Shown piece after piece: positions 23,109 through 31,747 of a stretch of 32,000 nucleotides of DNA. This DNA comes from Candidatus Iainarchaeum sp. (GTDB taxonomy: Archaea; Iainarchaeota; Iainarchaeia; Iainarchaeales; DTGL01): positions 1 through 32,000 of the forward strand of contig JAVYME010000005.1 in NCBI GenBank assembly GCA_038736825.1, written 5' to 3'. The notes beneath the pieces were generated by a model. It was not told the DNA's origin and did no database searches. It saw only the letters and a program-made list of their open reading frames with translations. How positions within the stretch are numbered: position 1 is the stretch's first letter; each line of letters opens with the position of its first letter. The position numbers and the translations under genes were made by a program.

Positions 23109-23588
23109 ATGCCTTCCTTTAAACCTGAAAAAAAATTCATGCTGCTTGCAATAAAAAAAGCCCGTGATGGAATCCGTAAAGGCCAGACTCCCTTTGGTGC
23201 CTGCATTGTGTGCAAGGGAAAAGCCTTGGTTTGCGAGCACAACCGCGTATGGCAGCAAACAGATGTTACAGCGCATGCTGAAATTGTTGCAATCCGCAAT
23301 TCTTGCAAAAAACTGGAAAGGATTGATTTGTCTGATTGCATTATTTATTCCACTTGCGAGCCTTGTCCGATGTGCTTTTCTGCAATTCACTGGGCGCGCA
23401 TTCCAGTCATAGTTTATGGAGCATCAATTGCTGACGCAAAGCGCGCTGGATTCAGCGAACTGGAAATACCGAATTCTGAAATGAAAAGGCAAAGCAAGTG
23501 CAAAGTGAAAATTGCAAAAGGCTTTATGGGAAAAGAGTGCAAATCGCTTTTTTTTGAATGGAAAAAGCGAAATGGAAAACCCTATTAG
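23109..23588 (+). CDS. CDA-fold nucleoside deaminase, guanine deaminase (GuaD)/TadA-like
   Basis: PFGACIV...TAHAEIVAIR...STCEPCPMCFSAIHWARI carries the H(A)E and PCxxC zinc motifs. The overall pattern resembles Bacillus-type guanine deaminase. Confidence 0.85.
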   Translation: MPSFKPEKKFMLLAIKKARDGIRKGQTPFGACIVCKGKALVCEHNRVWQQTDVTAHAEIVAIRNSCKKLERIDLSDCIIYSTCEPCPMCFSAIHWARIPVIVYGASIADAKRAGFSELEIPNSEMKRQSKCKVKIAKGFMGKECKSLFFEWKKRNGKPY

Positions 23589-23592
23589 GCGT

Positions 23593-23916
23593 TTAATCCC
23601 ATTTATCTCTGGGGTTTCTTGGAATAAGTATCCATGCAATAATGTAGAGCAGTATTCCTGTGCCGCCAGCCAGCGCAAGCAAAACCCATAAAAGCCTTAC
23701 AATTATTGGATCGATTTTAAAGTATTCAGCAAAGCCCCCGCAAACCCCGCCTAAAACCCTTTCTTTACCGCTCCTGTAAAGCCGTTTTGGTTTTGAATTA
23801 CCGTTTTCCCTGTCAAGGGATTCAATTGCCTTTCCAGCTTTTTTGCCTAGGGCTTCAACTTCATTGCCGAAATCAGAAAGCCTTTGCTCAAAAGCGCTTT
23901 TTCTTTTTTTGGCCAT
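23593..23916 (-). CDS. PspC domain-containing membrane protein
   Basis: RLYRSGKERVLGGVCGGFAEYFKIDPIIVRLLWVLLALAGGTGILLYIIAWILIP is the PspC signature. Confidence 0.85.
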   Translation of the reverse strand: MAKKRKSAFEQRLSDFGNEVEALGKKAGKAIESLDRENGNSKPKRLYRSGKERVLGGVCGGFAEYFKIDPIIVRLLWVLLALAGGTGILLYIIAWILIPRNPRDKWD

Positions 23917-24091
23917 GCAATTGCCTCAGTATATTTTGTTTTGAGAAATGATTATTAATCTAGAGCAAGGTTTGTTTTCAGGCAGTTGAGTGGAAAGAGA
24001 AAGGCTTAAAACGGAAAAAAACGTTTTTTTTCTTTTCATAATCATTGAAAAATCCTTTCTTGCAGTTTTTTTAGGAAAAATTGTATTTTGA

Positions 24092-25567
24092 TTGTTTTTT
24101 TCGGGGGCTTTTGGTTTGGCTGAATTGAGCAAGGAAGACCTTTTGACAATAATAAAGATAATTGCGAACATATTGCGTTTTCTGGGCTTGTTTCTCTTGG
24201 TGCCGCTTGCTGTTGCAGTTTATTATGGCGAAGAGCTCTTTGTGGAATTGTTTCTTGGCTCTTCTGCCTTTTTAATGGTTGTTTTTTCTGCAATTTATTC
24301 AAATATTAGGGGGTGCGAGGTTTCTTCAAAGCATGCGGTTATTTCCATTGCAATGTGCTGGTTTGTTTTGGGATTTATTGGGGCAATTCCCTACTATCTT
24401 GTCGGCTTTTCTCCAGTTAACGCTTTTTTTGAAAGCATTTCCGGTTTTAGCACTACTGGTTTGACAATGGTGAGGGACCCGCAAGCCCTGTCACCGACTT
24501 TGGGTTTTTGGCGCGCTTATACTCAATGGCTTGGCGGTTTTGGAATTGTTGTTCTCGCCTTAATGTTTTTTGAAAAGCCAAAAACTGCAAAGGAATTGTT
24601 TGAGGCTGAAGGCAGAAGCGAGGACTTTTACCACAGTGTTTTCAAGATTGCCAGAATAATTATTGCAATTTATTTGTTTTACACTGTGCTTGGAATAATC
24701 CTTTATGTTTTAGCCGGACTGCCGGTTTATGATGCAGTCATTCACACTTTCACGACTCTTGCCACTGCTGGTTTTTCGACCAGGGCTAATGGAGTAGGCG
24801 AGTTTGGAAGACCGGCAATGATTGTGACGCTTGTGCTCATGGTTTTGGGCGGAATAAGCTTTGTCTCCCACCGCGATCTCTTAAGGGGCAAAATAAGGGA
24901 TTTTTTCTCCAATCCAGAAATAAGGTTTTTTTTCGTTTTGGTTTTTGCATCCACAATCCTTATTTTCATTCAAGCCTATCTTTACCAAACATACCATTAT
25001 TTTGACTCCTTTTTTTATGCAGTTTCAGCCTTGACGACAACTGGCGCCAGCACTTTCTTTCAAGTCAACCAGATGCCAACCTTTGCAATAGCAATTCTTT
25101 TATGCTTGATGATTTTTGGCGCCAGCTATGGTTCCACTGCTGGAGCGCTGAAACTATGGCGTGTCCTGATAGTTTTAAAGGCAGTCAGGAGACAGGTTTA
25201 CAAGGCTCTTTTGCCCTCAAAAGCGGTTGTACCGGTAAGGCTTGGCGGCAGAACTGTTCCAGATGAAACCGTAATGGCTGTCCTTTCATATGTTGCAATC
25301 TATTTGTTGCTTTTTGCGGTCGGCATGCTTGCATTCATGTTTGTGCCAGCGCCAGCAGAACCCTACAATTACAGCCTACAAGAGGCATCCTTTACTGTGG
25401 CTTCAGCGCAAGGCGGTGTCGGCCTTGGCGTTTTACAGGGAGAGCGCTGGTATAACATGAACGATGCTTTAAAAATCCTCCTCAGCTTACATATGATTGT
25501 TGGAAGAATGGAAATCATTCCATTTTTTGTAATGCTGAAAGGCTTTGGAATAATTAGAAGGATTTGA
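24092..25567 (+). CDS. trkH: TrkH-family potassium uptake membrane subunit
   Basis: Repeated pore-loop motifs (SGFSTTGLT, ATAGFSTR, TTTGAST, AQGGVGLG) within a multi-TM protein. The start is probably the in-frame TTG at 24116, 8 nt after GGGGG, rather than 24092. Confidence 0.9.
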   Translation: MFFSGAFGLAELSKEDLLTIIKIIANILRFLGLFLLVPLAVAVYYGEELFVELFLGSSAFLMVVFSAIYSNIRGCEVSSKHAVISIAMCWFVLGFIGAIPYYLVGFSPVNAFFESISGFSTTGLTMVRDPQALSPTLGFWRAYTQWLGGFGIVVLALMFFEKPKTAKELFEAEGRSEDFYHSVFKIARIIIAIYLFYTVLGIILYVLAGLPVYDAVIHTFTTLATAGFSTRANGVGEFGRPAMIVTLVLMVLGGISFVSHRDLLRGKIRDFFSNPEIRFFFVLVFASTILIFIQAYLYQTYHYFDSFFYAVSALTTTGASTFFQVNQMPTFAIAILLCLMIFGASYGSTAGALKLWRVLIVLKAVRRQVYKALLPSKAVVPVRLGGRTVPDETVMAVLSYVAIYLLLFAVGMLAFMFVPAPAEPYNYSLQEASFTVASAQGGVGLGVLQGERWYNMNDALKILLSLHMIVGRMEIIPFFVMLKGFGIIRRI

Positions 25568-25590
25568 ATTCTGGGAAGGGGGCGTGAAAA

Positions 25591-26235
25591 ATGTATATTA
25601 TTATTGTCGGGCATTCTGCTTTTGCCGAGGAACTTGCAAGGCTTTCGCTTTCAAAAAGCAACAAGAACCGGGTTGTAATGATTGTAAGGGACAAAGATGA
25701 AGCAATGAGGATTGGCAGTGAATTGAACGCAATAGTTGTAAACGGGGATGCAACCAAGCCAGAAACCTTTGACGACTTGAACTTGAAAAACTGCGACATG
25801 TTTGTGGCAGCAACAGAAAGCGAAAAAGCCAATGTCCTTTCAGGGCTTTACGCTAAAAGCGAGGGCGCCAAAAAAATTTTTGTCAAAATAGACACAACTG
25901 AAGCAAACCCAATCCTGAAAAAGCTTGGTTTTGTGCCCATAAACCCAGATCTTTACGCTGCAAGGGCTGTAGAGTTAATGCTCACTCGACCAGCAGTCAA
26001 TGAACTGGTGAGCATAGGCATAGGCCAGTTTGACATGATAGAGGTTTTGGCTTCTGAAACAAAGCTTGCTGGCAAAACCTTGGGGGTTTCAGAGGGAAAG
26101 CACTTTAATGCAATTGCTGCTTATTTGGATGGCAAATACGAGTTTTCAAGCGATCACCAAATAAAACCAGAGGAAAAACTGATTTTGTTGATAGAGGCTG
26201 GCAAGGAAAAAGAGGCGGAAAAGGAATACAAGTAA
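25591..26235 (+). CDS. trkA: TrkA-like RCK protein (TrkA-N plus TrkA-C domains), cytoplasmic K+ transporter regulator
   Basis: MYIIIVGHSAFAEELA...VMIVRDKD...VVNGDATKPETF...DMFVAATESEKANV, plus a C-terminal RCK_C (MIEVLASETKLAGKTLG). It lies immediately downstream of trkH. GGGGG SD. Confidence 0.85.
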   Translation: MYIIIVGHSAFAEELARLSLSKSNKNRVVMIVRDKDEAMRIGSELNAIVVNGDATKPETFDDLNLKNCDMFVAATESEKANVLSGLYAKSEGAKKIFVKIDTTEANPILKKLGFVPINPDLYAARAVELMLTRPAVNELVSIGIGQFDMIEVLASETKLAGKTLGVSEGKHFNAIAAYLDGKYEFSSDHQIKPEEKLILLIEAGKEKEAEKEYK

Positions 26236-26351
26236 AAGCAAAAGAAATCAAGTGAAAGCAAAAAAAGAAACAAAAATGGCAATTTTTTGCAATGCAAACA
26301 ATTATAAAGGGGAAAGAAGTAATATTTTTGACTCAAACGGAGGTGTAAAAA

Positions 26352-26624
26352 ATGGCTGCGGTTGACGTAAAAATAACGCCTGACGCGAAAGTGAACAGGG
26401 TTGAAGTAATAATCAGAATAATACTGGCAATAATCCTTGGCATAATTGCATCTATTTTTGCCTTTATTGTCGGCATACTTGCGGTCGTCAACTTCTTTAC
26501 CTGTTTGTTGCTCGCGAAAAGGATTGCACCAGAATTCATAGCAAAGTTCATTGAATGGGTTGCAAAAGTAGGCGCATACTTGTACTTTGTTACTGACGAA
26601 AGACCGCCCTGGACTCCGCTTTGA
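26352..26624 (+). CDS. DUF4389-like small membrane protein
   Basis: NRVEVIIRIILAIILGII...FFTCLLLAKRIAPEFIAKFIEWVAKVGAYLYFVTDERPPW matches the DUF4389 pattern (two TM helices, then a ...Y..L.TD.YPP ending). GGAGGTG SD. Confidence 0.65.
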   Translation: MAAVDVKITPDAKVNRVEVIIRIILAIILGIIASIFAFIVGILAVVNFFTCLLLAKRIAPEFIAKFIEWVAKVGAYLYFVTDERPPWTPL

Positions 26625-26745
26625 GCAGGGCTTCCTTTTCTTTTTTTTTTAGCTTTTTCTTGTCTTTAATGGCAATTGGCTGTTGTACCAATAATTAGTT
26701 TTAATTTTCATTCCATATCCTTTATTGCAGGCACTGGTGTTTTTA

Positions 26746-28215
26746 ATGAAAATATTGTTGTTGAATCCTCCCTTTAAGCCGCGCTTTTCGCGCACTTCTC
26801 GCTCTCCAGCGGTAAGCAAGGGTGGCTGCATATATTATCCAATCTGGCTTGCTTATGCTACAGGTGTTCTAAAAGAGGCTGGGCACAAAGTACTGCTGTT
26901 AGATGCTCCGGCTGAAAACCAAACTCTTGAAGGGGTTTTGCAAACTGCCAAAAAATTCAAGCCAAAAATGTGCGTTTTGGACACAAGCACTGCCAGCATT
27001 TACAACGACTTAAAAGTGGCTGAAACCATAAAAAAGGAAACCGGCTGTTTTACGGTTTTAGTTGGAACCCATGTGAGTGCAATGCCTGAATGGGTTTTAA
27101 GGCAAAGCAAAAGCGTTGATGCGGTGTGCATAAAAGAATACGATTACACTTTAAGGGATTTGGCGAAAGAGTTGTCCAAAAAAAAGCCATGTCTGAAAAA
27201 AGTGAAAGGCTTGGCTTGGAGGCAAAAAAACAAAATAAGGGTAAACGAATTGCGCCCCTTGATTGAAAACCTGGATGAACTGCCTTTTGTGAGCAAGGTT
27301 TACAAAGAGTTTTTGAACATAAAAAACTATTTTTATCCAGCAAATCTTTTTCCTGAAATAACCATTGTGAGCGGAAGAGGCTGTCCTTACAAGTGCACTT
27401 TTTGCCTTTTGCCGCAAACACTTTTCTCTCGCTCTTACAGGACTAGAAGCATTCCAAATGTAATTGCAGAAATCAAGTACATATTGAAGGAATTCCCTGA
27501 AGCAAAAGAAATCTTTTTTGAAGATGACACTTTCACTGCAAACAGGCAAAGGGTTAAAGAGTTTTGCAGTGCAGTGAAAAAAGAGGGATTGAAGTTCACT
27601 TGGTCTGCTAATGCCCGCGCAGACGTTGACTTTGAAACCTTGAAGGCAATGAAAGAAGCCGGTTGCAGGCTGCTTTGCGTTGGAATAGAGTCAGGAGACC
27701 AAAAAATTTTAAACAATATAAAAAAAGGCATTACAGTGAAAGGCATTTCAAGGTTCATGAAAGATGCAAAAAAAGCAGGGCTTTTGGTTCACGGCTGCTT
27801 TATTTTGGGCAATCAGGGCGAAACAAAGAAAAGCATCAGAAAAACAATTGATTTTGCCAAGCGCTTGGATCCAGACACAGCGCAATTCTTTCCATTAATG
27901 GTTTATCCTGGCACAGAAGCATTCAATTATTTCAAGGAAAAGGGCTTTTTGACTACAACGGATTTCTCGCAATGGGTGAATGAAGAAGGATCGCACAACA
28001 CAATTGTTTCAAGGCCAGGCTTGAGCAATCAAGAACTGGTTGAATTTTGTGATTTTGGGAGAAGAGAGTTTTATTTGCGCCCAAAATATGTTGCAAAAAA
28101 ATTGAAAGAAGGTTTGAGCAAGCCTGAAGAGATTCCCCGCCTTGCAAAGGCTTCAGGAACTTTCTTGAAGTATCTTGTGCGGGGAACAAAAAAACAAAAA
28201 AAGGAAAAAGAATGA
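26746..28215 (+). CDS. B12-binding-domain (class B) radical SAM enzyme, HpnJ-like by motif recall
   Basis: N-terminal Rossmann/B12-like domain (KILLLNPP...YPIWLAYATGVLKEAGHKVLLLDA). CxxxCxxC motif at 27382-27405 (GRGCPYKCTFC). YRTRS, FFEDDTFT and GIESGDQKILNNIKKG blocks. I prefer ATG 26746. The stop overlaps the next ATG. Confidence 0.9.
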   Translation: MKILLLNPPFKPRFSRTSRSPAVSKGGCIYYPIWLAYATGVLKEAGHKVLLLDAPAENQTLEGVLQTAKKFKPKMCVLDTSTASIYNDLKVAETIKKETGCFTVLVGTHVSAMPEWVLRQSKSVDAVCIKEYDYTLRDLAKELSKKKPCLKKVKGLAWRQKNKIRVNELRPLIENLDELPFVSKVYKEFLNIKNYFYPANLFPEITIVSGRGCPYKCTFCLLPQTLFSRSYRTRSIPNVIAEIKYILKEFPEAKEIFFEDDTFTANRQRVKEFCSAVKKEGLKFTWSANARADVDFETLKAMKEAGCRLLCVGIESGDQKILNNIKKGITVKGISRFMKDAKKAGLLVHGCFILGNQGETKKSIRKTIDFAKRLDPDTAQFFPLMVYPGTEAFNYFKEKGFLTTTDFSQWVNEEGSHNTIVSRPGLSNQELVEFCDFGRREFYLRPKYVAKKLKEGLSKPEEIPRLAKASGTFLKYLVRGTKKQKKEKE

Positions 28216-29210
28216 AAGCCAGCGTAATAGTTCCAGTGCGAAACGGCGAGCGAACGATTGAAAAATGCTTGAAAGCAATTTTAGCACAAAATCTTGGACA
28301 AAGCTTTGAGCTTATCGTGGTTGATGATGGTTCAACCGACAAAACAGCGGAAATCGTTAAAAAATTCAAAAAAGCAAGGCTTTTCAGGCAAGAACCACTG
28401 GGTCCTGCGGCAGCACGCAATGCCGGCGCAATAAAAGCCAAAGGCGAAATAATTGTTTTCACTGATGCTGACTGCATTCCGGAAAAAAACTGGCTTTCTG
28501 AAATGCTTAAACCTTTTGAGGATCCAATGGTTGCTGGAGTTCAAGGCGCTTACAAAACCCAACAAAAGGAATTCATGGCTCGCTTTTCCCAAATAGAAAT
28601 AGAGGAACGCTATAAAAAAATGCTTTCAAGCAAAACAATTGACTGGATTGGCTCTTATAGTGCTGCCTACAAGCGCTCTGTCTTCCTCAGCTTGAACGGT
28701 TTCGACAAAGCCTTCAAAAAAGCCAGCGGAGAAGACCCAGACTTGTCTTATTCCATTCAAGAAAAAGACCATAAAATAGTTTTCAACCCAAAAGCAATTG
28801 TCTTCCATCACCACCCTGTTTCACTCGCTGAATATTTGAAGAAAAAATTCCAGCACGCTTGTTGGCGGGTTCTTCTCTATAAAAAGCATTCCTCAAAAGC
28901 AGTTTCTGACTCTTATACGCCACAGTTTTTAAAGGCGCAAATTGGCTTTTTAGGCATTTTCTCAATATGCCTACTACTTTCATTGTGGAATGAAACCATG
29001 TTGTTTTTTGCATTGGCAGCACTTGTTTTATTGATTTTTTGCATGCTTCCATTCGTTTTTTTTGCACTAAAACGAGATTTTTTTATAGGCATTGCCTCTC
29101 CAGCCATTCTATTGTTGCGCGATATAGCCTTTATTGGAGGGCTTTTAAAAGGCATCCTTTTTCTTGTTTGGAATAACTCTGCTTCTGAAAAAGTCAATAA
29201 AATTAAATAA
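28212..29210 (+). CDS. Family 2 glycosyltransferase with a C-terminal multi-helix membrane domain, translationally coupled to the radical SAM gene
   Basis: ASVIVPVRNGERTIEKCL...ELIVVDDGSTDKT...VFTDADCIP, plus C-terminal hydrophobic helices (FLGIFSICLLLSLW, LFFALAALVLLIFCMLPFVFFAL, IAFIGGLLKGILFLVW). ATGA overlap at 28212-28215. Confidence 0.85.
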   Translation: MKASVIVPVRNGERTIEKCLKAILAQNLGQSFELIVVDDGSTDKTAEIVKKFKKARLFRQEPLGPAAARNAGAIKAKGEIIVFTDADCIPEKNWLSEMLKPFEDPMVAGVQGAYKTQQKEFMARFSQIEIEERYKKMLSSKTIDWIGSYSAAYKRSVFLSLNGFDKAFKKASGEDPDLSYSIQEKDHKIVFNPKAIVFHHHPVSLAEYLKKKFQHACWRVLLYKKHSSKAVSDSYTPQFLKAQIGFLGIFSICLLLSLWNETMLFFALAALVLLIFCMLPFVFFALKRDFFIGIASPAILLLRDIAFIGGLLKGILFLVWNNSASEKVNKIK

Positions 29211-29214
29211 AATT

Positions 29215-29259
29215 CTAAAATAATAGACTTATTTTTTAAATCTTTCCTAAAATAATAGA
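29215..29259 (+). repeat. 13-nt perfect direct repeat CTAAAATAATAGA x2 in the promoter/5' region of the AAA ATPase gene
   Basis: The copies at 29215-29227 and 29247-29259 are 32 nt apart (start to start). The second ends 5 nt before the ATG at 29265. Confidence 0.6.
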
Positions 29260-29264
29260 GTTGT

Positions 29265-30527
29265 ATGGCTGAGGTTTTTTTGGAAAGAAAACTTGAAAAA
29301 ACCCTTGCAAAGTGTTTGAACAGAAAAGAAATTATTGGGATTCGCGGGCCAAGGCAGTCTGGCAAAACAACCCTTTTGAAAAAAATTGAACAAGAGTTGA
29401 AAGGAAACAAGTCTTTCATTAATCTCGACATACCGGAAAACCGGCACGCTCTTGAGGAAAACCCTGTTGATTTTGTCAAAAGGTTCAAGGGCCCTAATGA
29501 AAACCTATTCCTTTTTTTGGACGAAATTCAAAAAGTAAGGGGCGCTGGACAAAAACTAAAAATAATCTTTGACGAGTTTCCACAAGTGAAAACATTTTTT
29601 TCAGGATCCTCCTCGCTTGAAATAAAAAGCGAGGTTTTGCCGCCCCTTGTTGGCAGACTCTTCTTGTTTGAATTACTTTCTTTTGATTTTGAAGAATTCT
29701 TGAAAGCAAAGGACAAAGGCCTTGCAAGTCTTTTCAGTGAAAAGCATGCAAGTCTTCAAAATTTTCTTGAAAGCAAAGGCGAAATTTCCCCGCCATCCTT
29801 TGAAGATGATTTTTTGAAATATTGGAAGGAGTTTTCGGTTTTTGGAGGCTATCCTGAAGTCATAAAAAGCCAGAATTTTGAGGAAAAAACCCTGATTTTA
29901 AAAAATATTTACAACCTTTACTTGGAAAAAGATATTGCCTCTTTTTTCAGAATAGAAGACACTTCCAAGTTTGAAGGTCTTTTGAGAGTGTTATCCTTCA
30001 ATGTTTCAAAGCCATTTTCGCTTTCCTCTACTGCTTCAGATTTAAAAACCACTTACAACAAAATAGAAAGCTTTCTTTCAATACTCAAGCACACTTACAT
30101 AATCCACTTGTTGGAACCATTCCACAAAAACAGGATAACAGAATTGAAAAAAGCCCAAAAAGTTTTCTTCTTAGATTTGGGCTTAAGAAACGCAGCAATA
30201 AACAATTTTTCTGGTTTTGACAGCAGGGCTGACAATGCAATGCTTTTGGAAAACTTTGTTTTTAGGGAATTATTTTCCAATTTTGGAAACTGGAAGCTCA
30301 ATTACTGGCGAACCACTGGAAAGGCAGAAGTGGATTTTGTTCTAAGCAGGGAAAAAGAAATAGTGCCAATTGAAGTAAAAATGAGCGGTGAAAAAATAGG
30401 CAAAAGCTTTTACAGTTTTTTACAAGCCTATCAGCCAAAAAGAGCAATAATAGTAACCTTAAACAAATTCAAGAAACAAGAAATTAATGGAACCACACTA
30501 TATTGGGTTCCAGCCTTTTATTTTTAA
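29265..30527 (+). CDS. AAA-type ATPase with a C-terminal DUF4143 domain
   Basis: Walker A in IIGIRGPRQSGKTTLLKKI and Walker B-like LFLFLDEIQ. The C-terminal part with EVDFVL...IPIEVK is typical of the AAA_14/DUF4143 family. Confidence 0.85.
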   Translation: MAEVFLERKLEKTLAKCLNRKEIIGIRGPRQSGKTTLLKKIEQELKGNKSFINLDIPENRHALEENPVDFVKRFKGPNENLFLFLDEIQKVRGAGQKLKIIFDEFPQVKTFFSGSSSLEIKSEVLPPLVGRLFLFELLSFDFEEFLKAKDKGLASLFSEKHASLQNFLESKGEISPPSFEDDFLKYWKEFSVFGGYPEVIKSQNFEEKTLILKNIYNLYLEKDIASFFRIEDTSKFEGLLRVLSFNVSKPFSLSSTASDLKTTYNKIESFLSILKHTYIIHLLEPFHKNRITELKKAQKVFFLDLGLRNAAINNFSGFDSRADNAMLLENFVFRELFSNFGNWKLNYWRTTGKAEVDFVLSREKEIVPIEVKMSGEKIGKSFYSFLQAYQPKRAIIVTLNKFKKQEINGTTLYWVPAFYF

Positions 30528-30536
30528 GGGAGACAT

Positions 30537-30953
30537 ATGGCATCAGAATTAAAGCGTTTTTCAGTTAAAACAGGCAAAGACATTTCAATAGTGAACATCA
30601 CCAAAGAGGTTTCAAGTGCGGTTTCTTCTTCAACAATAGAGCGCGGAATCGCCATTGTTTTTGTCTCAGGCTCCACTGCGGCAATCTCCACTCTAGAATT
30701 TGAACCAGGCCTGCTCAAAGACGTGCCAAGCGTTTTAGAAAAAATTGCGCCAAAGGATTTTGACTGGGAACACCACAAAACCTGGAGCGATAAAAACGGA
30801 GCAGCCCACATTCTAGCAAACCTTATAGGGCCATCCCTTTCAGTGCCATTTGAAAAAAAGAAACTCTTGCTTGGCACATGGCAGCAAATAGTTTTAATGG
30901 ATTTTGACAGGATTGCAAGGGAAAGAGAAGTGATAGTGCAAATTATAGGTTAG
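30537..30953 (+). CDS. yjbQ: YjbQ/UPF0047 family protein (secondary thiamine-phosphate synthase-like)
   Basis: IVNITKEV...GIAIVFVSGSTAAISTLEFEPGL..D......P.....EHH.......NGAAHILANLIGPSLSVPF...LLLGTWQQIVLMDFD is the UPF0047 pattern. Confidence 0.85.
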   Translation: MASELKRFSVKTGKDISIVNITKEVSSAVSSSTIERGIAIVFVSGSTAAISTLEFEPGLLKDVPSVLEKIAPKDFDWEHHKTWSDKNGAAHILANLIGPSLSVPFEKKKLLLGTWQQIVLMDFDRIAREREVIVQIIG

Positions 30954-31681
30954 CGCTTTCTGTAAACCCATTGCAAGGGAAAAGCATATTTTAACGCTTT
31001 GAAAAAGAAAACAAAAAACTGGTTTGCAACCTTGGTTTTTGATTCACCATAAGAGCGCTCCCTAAAGGTTGCGGGAACACTTTTTACCTTAAATCCAGCA
31101 ATTTTTGCTTGAATTATCATTTCAGCAAGAAAAAAATTCCTTTTATCTGTTGGCTTTATTTTTTTCCACACTTCGCTTTTCATTGCCCTAAAATTGAGTG
31201 AGAAATCGCTCACTGGAGTGCAAGTTATCAGTGAAAGGTATTTGTTGCCCCAATCACTAATGATTCCCCTTAGTTTGATAATATTGCTCTTTTTTTCAAA
31301 AAAAGAGCCTTTCTCAAACCTTGAACCAATAACCATGTCATGACCAGAATCAATTTCCTTTAACAATAACGCGATTTCTTCAACTTCCAATGCAAGATCT
31401 GCATCCATTGAAAGCAATATTTTAGCATTAGCCTTGTCATAAGCTTCTTTTAATGCAGCACCCACGCCTTCCTTTTGTTTCCTGCGCAAAACCCTTATGT
31501 TTCCATACTTTTTGTTCAGGTTTTGTGCAACTTTCCAGGTTTTGTCAGGCGAATTGTCATCCACTACAAGTATTTCAGCATCCAGCCTGTTTTTTTTAAA
31601 AAAAGCCTCGAGTTGTGGCACAAGCTTTCTAATATTTTCAGATTCATTGTAAGTTGGAAGGATTAAGGAAAGCCTTTTCAT
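30950..31681 (-). CDS. GT2 polyprenyl/dolichyl-phosphate sugar synthase (DPM1/Ppm1-like dolichol-phosphate mannosyltransferase)
   Basis: LSLILPTYNESENI...EILVVDDNSPDKTWKVAQNL...IRVLRRKQKEGVGAALKEAY...MDADL, in a 243-aa soluble-type GT2. Confidence 0.85.
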   Translation of the reverse strand: MKRLSLILPTYNESENIRKLVPQLEAFFKKNRLDAEILVVDDNSPDKTWKVAQNLNKKYGNIRVLRRKQKEGVGAALKEAYDKANAKILLSMDADLALEVEEIALLLKEIDSGHDMVIGSRFEKGSFFEKKSNIIKLRGIISDWGNKYLSLITCTPVSDFSLNFRAMKSEVWKKIKPTDKRNFFLAEMIIQAKIAGFKVKSVPATFRERSYGESKTKVANQFFVFFFKALKYAFPLQWVYRKR

Positions 31682-31747
31682 TCTCTAACACTCTCATAAT
31701 TTATAAAAAGGATGTTTGGTTCTTTTAATAATATTTAAGTGGTTGGA

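Noticed and set aside
22332-23588. DUF45 metalloprotease + CDA-fold deaminase as a possible two-gene defence or toxin module
   Set aside because: The deaminase closely follows the housekeeping guanine-deaminase/TadA pattern, with no toxin-like N- or C-terminal extensions. The genes have a 39-nt spacer, and the region has no restriction, helicase or nuclease partner. Adjacency alone is insufficient.
23917-24091. Possible riboswitch or leader upstream of trkH (weak AAAACG-N8-CGTTTT hairpin)
   Set aside because: The stem is short and AT-rich. The K+-transport-associated riboswitch class I know of is bacterial. The spacer is more simply a divergent promoter for pspC-like and trkH.
27953-29488. 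Minus-strand ORFs 27953-28477 and 28913-29488
   Set aside because: They are opposite the radical SAM, GT2 and AAA ATPase genes, which have strong motifs. They have no recognisable domains and run across gene junctions.
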